Source of the DNA: Waterburya sp.
GTDB taxonomy: Bacteria > Cyanobacteriota > Cyanobacteriia > Cyanobacteriales > Xenococcaceae
DNA length: 64,000 bases
Direction: 5' to 3'
Assembly (NCBI GenBank): GCA_965217895.1
Contig: CBDCJV010000002.1
Span: forward strand, 2,592,001-2,656,000
Both the position numbers and the translations under genes were made by a program. The notes under the pieces are model-generated. The model was not told the DNA's origin. It made no database searches and saw only the letters and a list, made by a program, of their open reading frames with translations. Each line of letters starts with the position of its first letter. Positions within the stretch are counted from its first letter, which is position 1. Shown here piece by piece: positions 31,517 to 42,400 of this stretch.

Positions 31517-31912
31517 TTAAACCTCGTCCAGATGCTCTGCTACTTCTCGATAAAGATTGCCAATATGTGCATCTGCCAGGCTGTAATAAACATTACGGCC
31601 CTCACGGCGATGTTTAACCAAGCGCAGGTTTCGTAACAGACGTAACTGATGAGAGACAGCAGATTCACTCATCTTTACTACTGCTGCTAAGTCACAGACA
31701 CAAAGTTCAGCTTTGAATAGTGCAGAAAGAAGTTTCAGCCGATGGGGGTCTGCCATTGCGCCAAAAAATTGAGCCATTTGTTGTGCTTTTTCTGTGGTTA
31801 CAATTTGAGACTGCACTCGGCGTACTTGCTCTAAATGAACTAAAGAGGAATCACAAGTCGGTGCGTCGGACTCTGAGGAGGCTTGTTTTTTCGATTGGTC
31901 AACTTTACTCAT
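31517..31912 (-). CDS. ArsR/SmtB metal-sensing repressor (ZiaR/SmtB-like)
   Basis: ELCVCD, SAVSHQLR and alpha-5 DxH-x10-HxxE site (DAH...EHLDE). Confidence 0.92.
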   Translation of the reverse strand: MSKVDQSKKQASSESDAPTCDSSLVHLEQVRRVQSQIVTTEKAQQMAQFFGAMADPHRLKLLSALFKAELCVCDLAAVVKMSESAVSHQLRLLRNLRLVKHRREGRNVYYSLADAHIGNLYREVAEHLDEV

Positions 31913-31958
31913 TTTTCAGACTCTAAAACTTATCAGTCTAGTTATGCAGACAATAATA

Positions 31959-32078
31959 GGCTTTGCTGATTTGAAGTATCAAACTGCTAATAATACTGCT
32001 CATAGCTATCAGCTTTTAGCTTTTTGAAAGCAGGTAAAAATGCAAATCCAATTTTTCCTGTATTGATTCAGCAATGCC
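31959..32078. mobile_element. MITE family B (120 bp, IS903-like ends)
   Basis: TIRs GGCTTTGCTGA / TCAGCAATGCC; perfect 8-bp target duplication CAATAATA (31951-31958, 32079-32086). Confidence 0.8.
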
Positions 32079-32138
32079 CAATAATATTGAGTTAACACAG
32101 CTTTAAACTAGCTTCTATGATAATGATACTCATTATTT

Positions 32139-32160
32139 TACCTGAATGTCTATTCAGATG
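32139..32160. promoter_or_regulatory. Second SmtB-type box upstream of the repressor
   Basis: CTGAAT-GTCT-ATTCAG (TGAA-N6-TTCA core at 32143-32156). Confidence 0.55.
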
Positions 32161-32270
32161 AACAAATACACTTATCAATCGTTTCCATATATTTACGCTT
32201 GGGCAATCTGATAGACTAAAGCCTAGTTTTCTAGCAGTACTTTTTTGTTAAATTAATAACGTCTCTAAAA

Positions 32271-32537
32271 ATGCACTTAATTCTCTACAGCAAACCAGGC
32301 TGTCATCTCTGTGAAGGCTTGCAAGAAAAACTGACACAGGTAAGCAACGTTGATTTTGAGTTGGAAATTCGCGATATAAACACTAATGAGAACTGGTTTG
32401 CTGCTTATCAGTATGAAATTCCTGTACTCTGTCAAAAGATAAGCGAAGCAGAAAAAACTCTGCCTCGTTTGTCTCCTCGTGCTTCGGTGGCGAAATTAGA
32501 GCAAATGTTACAGACAAATTTAACAATCTTAGGTTAA
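32271..32537 (+). CDS. Glutaredoxin-like protein (DUF836)
   Basis: YSKPGCHLC and YQYEIPVL motifs. Confidence 0.88.
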   Translation: MHLILYSKPGCHLCEGLQEKLTQVSNVDFELEIRDINTNENWFAAYQYEIPVLCQKISEAEKTLPRLSPRASVAKLEQMLQTNLTILG

Positions 32538-32585
32538 AAAAGTGTCCAAAATGTAGTAGAAACTTTTGTTTACTCAAAAAGAAAT

Positions 32586-34067
32586 ATGATGAAGCTGCGG
32601 GAACTATTAGCTAAGGTAAATCTTCAGCAACCAGAACATTCTGCTTTAGATTTGGAAGTCAATCGAGTTTGTACTAATTCTCATGCGTGCCAACAGGGAG
32701 ATTTATTTATTGGGATGCCTGGCACAAGAGTTGATGGCGGAGAATTTTGGCGTAGTGCTTTAGGGCAAGGCGCGATCGCAGCAGTAGTAACTCCTAGTGC
32801 AGCGGATAAACAGCCTCCTACCGCCGATGCCTGTGTGATTCAAACTGAGGATATGATTGCTACCTGTAGTGCGATCACCGCAGCTTTTTATGATTATCCT
32901 ACCCACAAGCTCAAAACCATTGGTGTAACTGGCACAAACGGTAAAACTACTACCAGTCATTTAATTGAATATTTCTTACTTCAGGCACAACAGCCTACAG
33001 CTTTGCTGGGTACTCTCTACACCCGTTGGCAAGGATATAGCCAAACTGCTACTCATACTACGCCTTTTTCGGTAGAATTACAGTCTCAGCTAGCAGAAGC
33101 GGTAAAGGCAGGAAATAAATACGCCGTAATGGAAGTTAGTTCCCATGCCTTAGCTCAAGGTAGAGTTAAAGCCTGTAGTTTTGAGGTGGGAGTCTTTACT
33201 AACCTGACTCAAGACCACCTTGACTATCACAAGGATATGGAAGACTATTTTCAAGCGAAGTCTTTGCTCTTTACTCCCGAATATCTCAACGGTAAAGCCA
33301 TTATTAACCTAGATGATGCTTATGGTAAGCGTTTGATCGATCGGCTCGATCGCAGTAAGGTTTGGACTTATAGCGTAAATAATCAGGCTGCGGATTTATA
33401 TACCAGTAACTTAGATTATCAATCCACGGGAGTTAGAGGTATTTTACATACTCCTGTTGGCGAAATAGCTTTTAATTCTCCTTTGGTTGGTCAATTTAAC
33501 TTAGCTAACTTGCTGGCAGCAGTAGGAACAGCCTTGTATTTAGGAGTAGAATTACAAGTTTTGGTAGATAGTCTTCCGCAGTTTGCAGGTGTACCTGGCA
33601 GAATGGAAAGAGTCCAGCTTACTCCCGAACAAGATATTAGCGTTATTGTCGATTATGCCCATACTCCCGATAGTTTAGAAAACTTGCTCAAGGCTGCCCG
33701 CCCCTTTATTAGTGGGAAAATGATCTGTGTCTTTGGCTGTGGTGGCGATCGCGATCGCACTAAACGCCCTTTAATGGGCAAAATTGCCGCCGAACTAGCA
33801 GACGTAGCGGTAGTTACATCAGATAATCCCCGTACCGAAAACCCCGATCAGATTCTCAAAGATATAGTAGCAGGAATTCCTCTAACGATTGAACCAATGG
33901 TTATTAGCGATCGCGCTAGGGCGATCACCACTGCGATCGAGCAAGCACAGCCAGGCGATGGGGTGCTAATCGCTGGGAAGGGACACGAAGACTATCAAAT
34001 TTTAGGTACAGAGAAAATTCATTTTGACGATCGCGAACAGGCAAGAGTTGCTTTAGGCGATCGCTGA
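32586..34067 (+). CDS. murE: UDP-N-acetylmuramoyl-L-alanyl-D-glutamate--2,6-diaminopimelate ligase
   Basis: GVTGTNGKTT, MEVSSH, DHLDYH, DYAHTPD, DNPR and AGKGHE motifs. Confidence 0.97.
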   Translation: MMKLRELLAKVNLQQPEHSALDLEVNRVCTNSHACQQGDLFIGMPGTRVDGGEFWRSALGQGAIAAVVTPSAADKQPPTADACVIQTEDMIATCSAITAAFYDYPTHKLKTIGVTGTNGKTTTSHLIEYFLLQAQQPTALLGTLYTRWQGYSQTATHTTPFSVELQSQLAEAVKAGNKYAVMEVSSHALAQGRVKACSFEVGVFTNLTQDHLDYHKDMEDYFQAKSLLFTPEYLNGKAIINLDDAYGKRLIDRLDRSKVWTYSVNNQAADLYTSNLDYQSTGVRGILHTPVGEIAFNSPLVGQFNLANLLAAVGTALYLGVELQVLVDSLPQFAGVPGRMERVQLTPEQDISVIVDYAHTPDSLENLLKAARPFISGKMICVFGCGGDRDRTKRPLMGKIAAELADVAVVTSDNPRTENPDQILKDIVAGIPLTIEPMVISDRARAITTAIEQAQPGDGVLIAGKGHEDYQILGTEKIHFDDREQARVALGDR

Positions 34068-34123
34068 CTTTAAAGCTATAAGCTTCAGGCTATAAGCTTA
34101 GAGCTTATAGCTTCGCTCATTTA

Positions 34124-34615
34124 CTAGTTAGTTGAAATTTGCCGATTAAGAATAACAATCTTCCACTGTCCAAGCTGACTAGCTTGAAAAGCAATTTTAC
34201 TACCGTCACCGTTAATTGTCGGCTGGGAAACAGAACCTTTAATGTTTACAGTTAATAGTTCTGTTTTTTGTTGTTGGCGATCGTAGACAAAAATATCTGT
34301 TTTTCCTCTTTCTGTGGAAACATAGGCAATATAGCGACCATTATCACTCAAGGCAGGTTGATCTTGACTAGAATCTCGGCGATTAAGATTAGGCAAAGAT
34401 ACTAGCTGTTTAGATTTTAAGTCGTAAAGAAATATATTTCTCCTATCGCGACGATCTGAGGCGAAAGCTAAGTAACGACCGTCCGAACTATAGGCAGGAT
34501 ATTCTTCTACAGAATTGCTGTTGATACCTCCAGGAATAATCTCTGGCTGAACTAATAAACTACTGCTACAGCCATTAATCAAAAAAAAAGTTAGCAAGAA
34601 TAATCTTAAAATCAT
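34124..34615 (-). CDS. TolB-like (PD40 repeat) lipoprotein
   Basis: Lipobox LINGC; PAYSSDGRYLAF, PALSDNGRYIAY and PTINGDGSKIAF repeats. ATG 34615 preferred over 34702. Confidence 0.8.
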   Translation of the reverse strand: MILRLFLLTFFLINGCSSSLLVQPEIIPGGINSNSVEEYPAYSSDGRYLAFASDRRDRRNIFLYDLKSKQLVSLPNLNRRDSSQDQPALSDNGRYIAYVSTERGKTDIFVYDRQQQKTELLTVNIKGSVSQPTINGDGSKIAFQASQLGQWKIVILNRQISTN

Positions 34616-34901
34616 ACGTGACAATTTACATATAAAAAAGACCGCGCTCGTTCGCTTAATCAGCAATGCCCTTTTTGATATTGATTTAATATTTGGCAAC
34701 ATTCCAAGATCGCCATTATTTAATTGATTTATAGATAAATTTGACTAAATATATATGCCCTGATTCTATGGTTTTCCGTACGAGTAGCTTCACTGTTAAT
34801 AATAATTAAATTAAAACAAGGCATTTTAAGTGTTTTCACTATTTCTTTTGTACCATTAATTGTAATTATAAAATTCCCCTGACTTAATATTCTTTGAATC
34901 A

Positions 34902-36353
34902 ATGCTCTACGGTAAACAACGGTCAAAGTATTTATCGACCTTATTAGTATATAGTCGTACCTCCCGTATGCTTGTTGTCTTCTTACTAGTTATTGGAGAC
35001 ATTCTCGGTTTACTATTGTGCTTCAATATAGCCCTTAAGCTAAGACTATCCGAATCTCTTGATTTGCGATCGCCAGTTCTCTATGCTTTGATAGCTATAT
35101 ATCTGTTTGGATTATATTTAACCGACACTTATAAGCTAAATAGACAGGCTTCTGGCGTTCGTCTTTCAGAAAGAGCCGTTTTAAGTATTGTGGCAACTAT
35201 GGCAGCAGTCACTTCTGGTATCTACCTTACAGGCTTGTGGGGTAGTGAGTTTCTAGTTGGTAGAGGCGTACTATTAATTAGCGTCTGCCTTTTTTCTGTT
35301 TGGACGGTAGCCAGCCGAATGGTTGCTGACAAATGGCTTGAGGCAAATCAACACCATAGTAGATTTTTAGTCCTAGGAGACTATCAAAAGGTTATCGAGT
35401 TTGGGAAGGAACACCGCAAGCTAAATTCCCGTACTGAATTTGTTTCCTTTTCAGATAAATTAGCTGCCAATAATTCTAGTTCTCTAGAGAAAAACTTTAG
35501 AAGAGGAGATAACAACTCTTTAATCTTAGACAAGGTAAATAGTCTAAGCTCAACTTGGAAACAGCAATACTGGTCAGGAATTTTGATTGATGGGGCAGAG
35601 CGTAATCTATCTGAGCAAATGATTCGAGAATTGATGGATATGAGGCTTAAAGGGGTATATGTTTACAGCATAGCTCGTTTCTGTGAACAGTTTTGGCAAA
35701 AAATTCCTCCCGCTTATGTTCAAGATGATTGGTTTGCCTTTACCTCTGGTTTTAACATTTTACACAACCGCATTAAGGCAAAATTAAAGCAGCTCATCGA
35801 CTTCTTGGTTGCAGCAGTTTTGTTGATTGCGACTTTACCCATTACGGTTTCCATTGCTTTAGCCATTAAGTTTAGCAGCGAAGGCCCAATATTTTATTCT
35901 CAATTGAGAACGGGTCTAAATGGTAAAAAGTTTCGGGTATATAAATTCCGTTCTATGTATCAAAATGCTGAAGCCAAAGGCATTCAGTGGGCGAAGAAAA
36001 GAGATCCCCGTATTACTCCCGTTGGCAACTTTATCCGCTTGACTAGAATCGATGAATTACCGCAGCTATGGAATGTCTTTAAAGGAGATATGAGCTTGGT
36101 AGGACCTCGCCCTGAGCGTCCAGAATTTGATATTAATCTCAGAGAAGAAATACCTTATTATGATGTCCGCTATTTAGTTAAGCCAGGGATTACTGGTTGG
36201 GCGCAGGTTTGTTACCCCTATGGTGCTTCAGTTGAAGATTCATATCAAAAGGTAGCTTACGATCTTTATTACATCAAAAATTATTCTCTCTTTTTGGACT
36301 TATCAATCGCCTTGAAAACTCTCAGGATAGTGTTTTTGGGCAAAGGTAGATAG
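34902..36353 (+). CDS. Polyprenyl glycosylphosphotransferase (WcaJ/WbaP-like sugar transferase)
   Basis: Four N-terminal TMs; [38 protein letters not shown] and DLYY motifs. Confidence 0.93.
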   Translation: MLYGKQRSKYLSTLLVYSRTSRMLVVFLLVIGDILGLLLCFNIALKLRLSESLDLRSPVLYALIAIYLFGLYLTDTYKLNRQASGVRLSERAVLSIVATMAAVTSGIYLTGLWGSEFLVGRGVLLISVCLFSVWTVASRMVADKWLEANQHHSRFLVLGDYQKVIEFGKEHRKLNSRTEFVSFSDKLAANNSSSLEKNFRRGDNNSLILDKVNSLSSTWKQQYWSGILIDGAERNLSEQMIRELMDMRLKGVYVYSIARFCEQFWQKIPPAYVQDDWFAFTSGFNILHNRIKAKLKQLIDFLVAAVLLIATLPITVSIALAIKFSSEGPIFYSQLRTGLNGKKFRVYKFRSMYQNAEAKGIQWAKKRDPRITPVGNFIRLTRIDELPQLWNVFKGDMSLVGPRPERPEFDINLREEIPYYDVRYLVKPGITGWAQVCYPYGASVEDSYQKVAYDLYYIKNYSLFLDLSIALKTLRIVFLGKGR

Positions 36354-36461
36354 TTATCGTTGTACGTTAATCGGTCGAGAAAAAATTCAACTGTTCGTAA
36401 GTAAGAAGTAAGGTTACTATTTAAAATGACTATAGCTGGGGTAAAAATTTTTTACTGATTT

Positions 36462-37550
36462 TTAGTAGGGTGGTAAGAGACGATAAAAACCATGAAACAA
36501 AATAGTTAGCAAAAATACTATATTGCGTAGAGGAATCAAATATATAGACAAAGGTAATGGTGGCTGTGATTCATTTTCAGATATGCTTCTAGATAACCGT
36601 TCCCCAACTGAAATAATCCAGTTGACGCTGCGAGGAAAGTCTAAAATGTCATTCAGCCATTTTCGGGGTATTTCTCCCCTACCCACGGATGCGCCAATAA
36701 TTCCTCCTAAAATAGCAGCAGTAGTGTCGGTGTCTCCTCCTAGGTAAATTATTTCTTTAATACTTTCTGAATAACGATTCTGATTTCTCAGCCAAATCTG
36801 AATTACTACTGATACGGTGTCGTATATACGATTGCTGATACCCTTGTTGTTCGCCAATTTTGTTGCCAAAGTAACACCTGCTTCTTTGTGTTCAGCACTA
36901 ATACAGGCTTCTTTAATCAGGCTCAGAAATGCTTTGGTTTCTGAGTCGGCAGATTCGATGTTGGAGTCTACTAAGATTTTTTGTAAGGTTTGATGATAAT
37001 CTTTTGGTGTCACAAAAGATTGGCAAGAAGCTAAATAAGCTGCAACAGCAATAGCGATCGCACCTAATTCTGCTTGAGGACTACTATGGGTAATAACAGT
37101 AGAAGCTTTAACCAAAGCTAACAGTTTTTTGGGACGATCTCCATAACAAACCCCAATAATCCCACTTCTCAAAGCAGCACTATTACCTGCTGAATTTACA
37201 CCGCTAGTTTGGGGAGTAAAACCAAACAGTAATTTTAAAATAGATTTACAGCTAGTCCCATCAATAACCGTGGGAAATCCTAAGAGCCAAAACCTTAAAC
37301 GCCAGGCTAAACACTGAGAAAATTTGTTCACATCTCCCCCTGAAACGATCAGAGATTGTGCCACCATACAGCTATGCTCTGTTCCCATAGAGATCATGCC
37401 TTTGTTTAAAATTAAACGATGTCCTCTAATGGGTGCATAGAATTTATAAATACGATTTCTAGATAATCCTTTATAGGGTAGACCTAAAGCGTTTGCCGCT
37501 GTAGTTCCTAGAAGACAACCTACTATAGATCTTAATTTGCGATCGCTCAT
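36462..37550 (-). CDS. ADP-ribosylglycohydrolase (DraG/ARH) family, catalytically degenerate
   Basis: Fold motifs SAGN.A.LR, ITH and GGDTDT present, but GDALG reads ANALG and (T/S)DDT reads SMGT. Confidence 0.8.
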   Translation of the reverse strand: MSDRKLRSIVGCLLGTTAANALGLPYKGLSRNRIYKFYAPIRGHRLILNKGMISMGTEHSCMVAQSLIVSGGDVNKFSQCLAWRLRFWLLGFPTVIDGTSCKSILKLLFGFTPQTSGVNSAGNSAALRSGIIGVCYGDRPKKLLALVKASTVITHSSPQAELGAIAIAVAAYLASCQSFVTPKDYHQTLQKILVDSNIESADSETKAFLSLIKEACISAEHKEAGVTLATKLANNKGISNRIYDTVSVVIQIWLRNQNRYSESIKEIIYLGGDTDTTAAILGGIIGASVGRGEIPRKWLNDILDFPRSVNWIISVGERLSRSISENESQPPLPLSIYLIPLRNIVFLLTILFHGFYRLLPPY

Positions 37551-37782
37551 ATTACTATCAGGAAAACATTAATATTAGGTGGTATTTCCCCGTTCCAACT
37601 AAATTATGTATTTATTCTTATAGTTCCCACAGGTTAGCAAATTAATCGACGTTGATGAGTTGAAACATGAATCTATTTTTAGGTTTATTAAGAGAAATAT
37701 TGCCTGGGCTTGAGATACGGGCATTATCGTTATAGTAGCGATCGCTCTATTAAGCTAATAACCTACAATTAATAATTAACCA

Positions 37783-38730
37783 ATGAAAGATTTATATCCA
37801 CCGATCGAACCCTACAATCAGGGCAAATTAAAAGTCTCTGGGCTACATACAGTTCACTACGAAGAATCTGGTAATCCCCAAGGCAAACCAGTAATATTTC
37901 TTCATGGTGGTCCTGGTGGAGGAATTGCCCCTATGTATCGGCAATATTTTGATCCTCAGCAATGGCGTATTGTTATCTTCGCTCAAAGAGGATGTGGGCA
38001 AAGCACTCCCTATGCAGAATTACGCGAAAACACTACCTGGGATTTGGTCAGCGATATTGAAAAGCTTAGACAGCATCTAAATATAGATCGGTGGGTAGTA
38101 TTTGGTGGTAGTTGGGGCAGTACATTAGCTTTGGCGTATAGCCAAACTCATCCAGATAGCTGTAAAGGTCTAATCCTGCGGGGCGTATTTATGTTACGCC
38201 CATCAGAAATTCGCTGGTTTTACCAAGAGGGTGCGAGTAATATCTATCCTGACGCTTGGCAGGAGTATATTAAGCCTATTCCGACCGCAGAAAGAGATGA
38301 TTTATTATCTGCTTTTTACAAAAGGTTAACCAGTGAAAATGCCCAAATCCGTCTAGAGGCAGCCCGTGCTTGGTCTGTTTGGGAGGCTAGCACCAGCAAA
38401 TTAATTCCTTCTCAAGCCAGCAAAGTTAGTTTTGGCAGGGCAGAATTTGCCGAGGCTTTTGCTCGCATTGAATGTCATTATTTTGTTAACAAAGGCTTTC
38501 TCAAGAGTGAAAATCAGTTATTAGATAACGTCGATCGCATCCGCCATTTACCAGGGGTCATTGTTCAGGGCAGATATGATGTAGTCTGTCCCATGATTAC
38601 CGCTTGGGAACTTCATCAGGTTTGGCCAGAAGCAGAATTTGTTGTTATTGCCGATGCAGGACATTCTGTATCCGAGCCTGGAATTAAAGATGCTCTAATT
38701 AGGGCAAGCGATCGATTTGCTGCGTTATAG
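37783..38730 (+). CDS. pip: Proline iminopeptidase
   Basis: HGGPGGG, GGSWG, GRYD and AGH motifs. Confidence 0.95.
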   Translation: MKDLYPPIEPYNQGKLKVSGLHTVHYEESGNPQGKPVIFLHGGPGGGIAPMYRQYFDPQQWRIVIFAQRGCGQSTPYAELRENTTWDLVSDIEKLRQHLNIDRWVVFGGSWGSTLALAYSQTHPDSCKGLILRGVFMLRPSEIRWFYQEGASNIYPDAWQEYIKPIPTAERDDLLSAFYKRLTSENAQIRLEAARAWSVWEASTSKLIPSQASKVSFGRAEFAEAFARIECHYFVNKGFLKSENQLLDNVDRIRHLPGVIVQGRYDVVCPMITAWELHQVWPEAEFVVIADAGHSVSEPGIKDALIRASDRFAAL

Positions 38731-38847
38731 CTGAAAAACAATGCTCGAAAAAGAGTATGTATTACAGTAATGCTGGCAGTAGCCAATTTATTGATTTTTA
38801 GTGATAGTGTAAAAGCACCCAGGAATGCTTTGTAAACTTAAACTTTG

Positions 38848-39264
38848 ATGCTCCAAAATCGCATTCGACAAGCTATTTATGCTGCCCTGACAGCCATCGG
38901 CTTCGTCTTGACAAATTATTATTTAGTGCAGTTCACTATTACCACCAAAGGAGAATTGACCCTAGCTAACTTTCTTAACTTCGATATTGCTTTATTTATC
39001 GAACAAGTTTATGCTAATTCCGCCTCCAGTTTTATTGGAATAGATGTAACTATTGCAGCCTTGTGTGCAATTGTGCTAATCGTGACCGAAGGACGACGGC
39101 TAAAAATGAAGTTGTGGGGTCTTTACATTGCCGCTATCTTCTTAGTGTCCTTTGGTTTTGGATTTCCGTTGTTTCTGTTCATGCGAGAGCGCAAGCAGAT
39201 TGAAATTAGGTCTAGCAGAAGATATTCAGAAGGAAAACATTTCACCAACGTAAATGATAGATAA
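38848..39264 (+). CDS. DUF2834-family membrane protein
   Basis: ANSASS.IG.D, EGRRL and FPLFLFMRER motifs; three TMs. Confidence 0.8.
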   Translation: MLQNRIRQAIYAALTAIGFVLTNYYLVQFTITTKGELTLANFLNFDIALFIEQVYANSASSFIGIDVTIAALCAIVLIVTEGRRLKMKLWGLYIAAIFLVSFGFGFPLFLFMRERKQIEIRSSRRYSEGKHFTNVNDR

Positions 39265-39426
39265 CCTGAGTTCGGGTTAGGAAAACAAGTCGGCGGAAGT
39301 AGCTATAAGCTCTAAGCCATAAGCTTTTTAGGTTTTTTTCCAGAAGCTCTAGGGCAAAAAAGTGCGCCGAATACTATTTTTAAAATACTTTTACCATAAG
39401 GGTTTCGGCTTATTCCGAACTTAGGT
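39264..39426. mobile_element. MITE family C (IS982-like ends)
   Basis: TIRs ACCTGAGTTCGG / CCGAACTTAGGT; TAGATA duplicated at 39258-39263 and 39427-39432. Confidence 0.7.
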
Positions 39427-39434
39427 TAGATAAT

Positions 39435-39473
39435 AAAAAGCGATCGCTCTCCTAACAAAGCGATCGCTTTTTT
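39435..39473. terminator. Bidirectional terminator-like hairpin formed by two HIP1 sites
   Basis: AAAAAGCGATCGCT-N10-AGCGATCGCTTTTT between convergent genes. Confidence 0.65.
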
Positions 39474-39495
39474 CAGCAATATGTCTTAATTTAAT

Positions 39496-42400
39496 TTAAG
39501 CAAAAGCAAAATTATCTTCACTAGCCAGAAAATCGGCAGGAGTGTCAGCCACAATTGCTAGGTTATGACCATTGACAGAAATCAATGCCCCAGCATCGGT
39601 TTGAGTAATATTGAGGTCGTCGTAACCAATACCCAAACTAGAAATACCAATTACATCTTCACCACTAGTAAAGTCAGTAATAGTACTAGGAAATTCAGGA
39701 TCATTGGCAATCCAAAATTGATCTGCACCTAAACTACCAGTGATAGTGTTACCTCCTTCTACCTCTAAAAGATCGTCTTTTACAGTACCAACTACGGTAG
39801 TAGGAATTTCTTCAACCTTACTTGTTTCGGGGGCATCCGTAGTCAAGAAATTTAATTGACCACCCTCAACTAAATCAGCCTCGGCGATAATACCATCTTC
39901 GACACTGTGAGCCTGAACATCAAAGATAAAGCGCGTCCCAGGTGCTTCATCAAACAACTCAGAAACATCGAGAATTCCCGAAGATTCCCAGTTACCAATA
40001 TCATCTGGTTCGGGGTCAGTTTGTCCTTCAGCTAATGCCGAACGATCCATTTGAGCAACACGAGTTAATTCACCACTTTCAGGATCTAACTTCCAAATTG
40101 AAGCTTCTTCCCCAGAAGTCCCACCAAAGTCTTCATCTTCAGCCGTAGCTCGATCTTCTTGAAGATAAATATAACCATCATCTGCCCAATCTGTATTATC
40201 AGGACTACGTAAACCGAAGTCAGAACCCTCAAATTGACCATTCCCCGCATCGTCTCCATCATAGAGAATGTCAATTTGTCCAGTCAAAGGATCGCCAGAT
40301 TCGTCAAACTCCGTACTTATTTTGTAGGTAGTTCCAAAGTTATCCTCTGCAAAGCGATCGCCACGACCAGTAGAGTTTAACACCGCTTGAGTGCCATTTT
40401 CTGGGTTAGTCGCTACATCTTCAGGACGAGAAAATTGGAAACCACCCGCATCAATAGACATTTGATCTTGCTGTGCTTGAGTTGCAAACCCTTGTTCGTC
40501 ATAACCAAGCTCATCTTGGATCTCGCCATCATCATTAGTATCTACTGCCGAACTAGCCAAGTCAGGACGATAGTAATCGAGTTCTACCCAGCTACCAGCT
40601 TGACTGCTACCCGTACCATTAAATCCAGCAGGGTCGGGGGCGTTATCATCGTCTACTTCTTCTCCGTCTTCATTGGTAAAAGTAAGAGTATCGGCAAGGT
40701 CGCCATCGGGAACCCAAGTATAGAGTTTCCCACCGACTAAACCATTGCTTTCGAGCAAACCCGCATTTTCACAGGTATCTTTTTCCCCGACATACATTGT
40801 TAAAGGGGCAGCTTCTCGGTCATCTCCTACCAAAAAAGCAACTTGATTCGTAGTACCAGTATCCAATTCAGTCACATTTTCCCAAGCAGCGCGACCCATC
40901 CAAGGCGCAGCCTGAAGGGTATTAGTAGCAGGATCGAGGATAAATTCGGTACCGCCAGCATTTTCTTCTCCAGTAAAGAACAAACTATCTGTTAAACCGC
41001 GACCTTCACCAAATTGATTTGCCTCGATATAGTGTGCCGAACAAAGGCGATTAAGACCCTCGTATTCTAGGTCTGTAACTTCGTCTACCTCTTCGCCATT
41101 GCGGTTAATAATCTTGTCGTAAGCCAAGCCCGCATCTTCAAGTTGTAGAGTTTCTTTGTTGAGGTCAAAAAAGCTAACCCGTCCGCCAGTCAATTCTGTA
41201 CCATTAGCTAAAGTGTAAGCGTAACCTTCCTCACTAAGTTCGTGGTTAGCTACTATTCTCACCGTATCGTCATCTAGGGCAAATGCACCCAAGCCATCAA
41301 GATCGCCTGGAGGTGCATAACCGTCAAATTCTTCACCAATGGTAAATATTGGATCTACTTCATAGCCGTTCAAACCTATCATTTGTGCAGGTTGTTCTGT
41401 AATTCCAGTATTTTCGATAGGTGTGGGGTTCATAATATTTCCTCCTAGATTTGGATCTAAATTTAATGGGGTGTCTAAATTGATGGCGATTACTTCGTTG
41501 TTGTCGATATCTCCTTCTCTTCCCTGGGAAAAAGGATAGTTATTATCGTTAGCAACCAAGATGGTATTTTCGTCAGCGACTACTATGTTTTCAATAGTTT
41601 CAAAGGGAAAATCGAAGGTAGTGTTGCCGTCACTGTTTAAATCGTTAGGATCTTCAATGTTTAATAGGTCAACAACTTCTTCTTTAGCTACAAAACCGTT
41701 CTCATCTACCTGAGAAATATCGATTTTGAAGATTTTTTTGAATTTGGCTTCTTCTCCCTGGTTGTTATCCCGTTCGATAACGAGAAACTCATGGTCATTG
41801 ATAGGAGTAAAGTCACCAATAGGATTACCGTCGGTGGTGGGATAGTAACCAACCAAGCCGTTATAAGAAGCAGACGCAACATCAAATTCATAGATGCGTA
41901 AGGCATTCTCAGGATCGCCATCTACTGTCCCTTCTAAAAGGGGATAAAGAGTTTTGCGGTCTGGACTAAAAGCCATACCTTCAAAACCTTTGGAACGTTC
42001 CAAATTGGGTATTCCATTACCTAAACTGGGATTTTGAGGAGACTGGACAAACTCGCCAGTGACAGAATCTACTACCGCTACTCCTGTTGCAGGAAAGTCA
42101 GTAAAAAAGCCATCTACGCCTACATCAATGAGTTGTTTAAACTCTTCTTCGGGGGTTTGAGAATTACCCTCGGCATCGAGAGTTAAAAATTGCTCTTCAT
42201 TCCGAAGGGTGTAAGGATGAACCTGCAAGCCTGCATCGTGGGCATAGTCAACCAGAGGAAAAACTTCCCCCGTTAGCTGAGTGGTAATTTCGGCTTTGCC
42301 ATCGCCATTACCATCTACGGGTTTGTCTAAATCCTCTCGCAACAAGATATTGTTTTTCCAAGGCCCTAAACCATCAGCGTAGCTACTGATGATTTCAATT

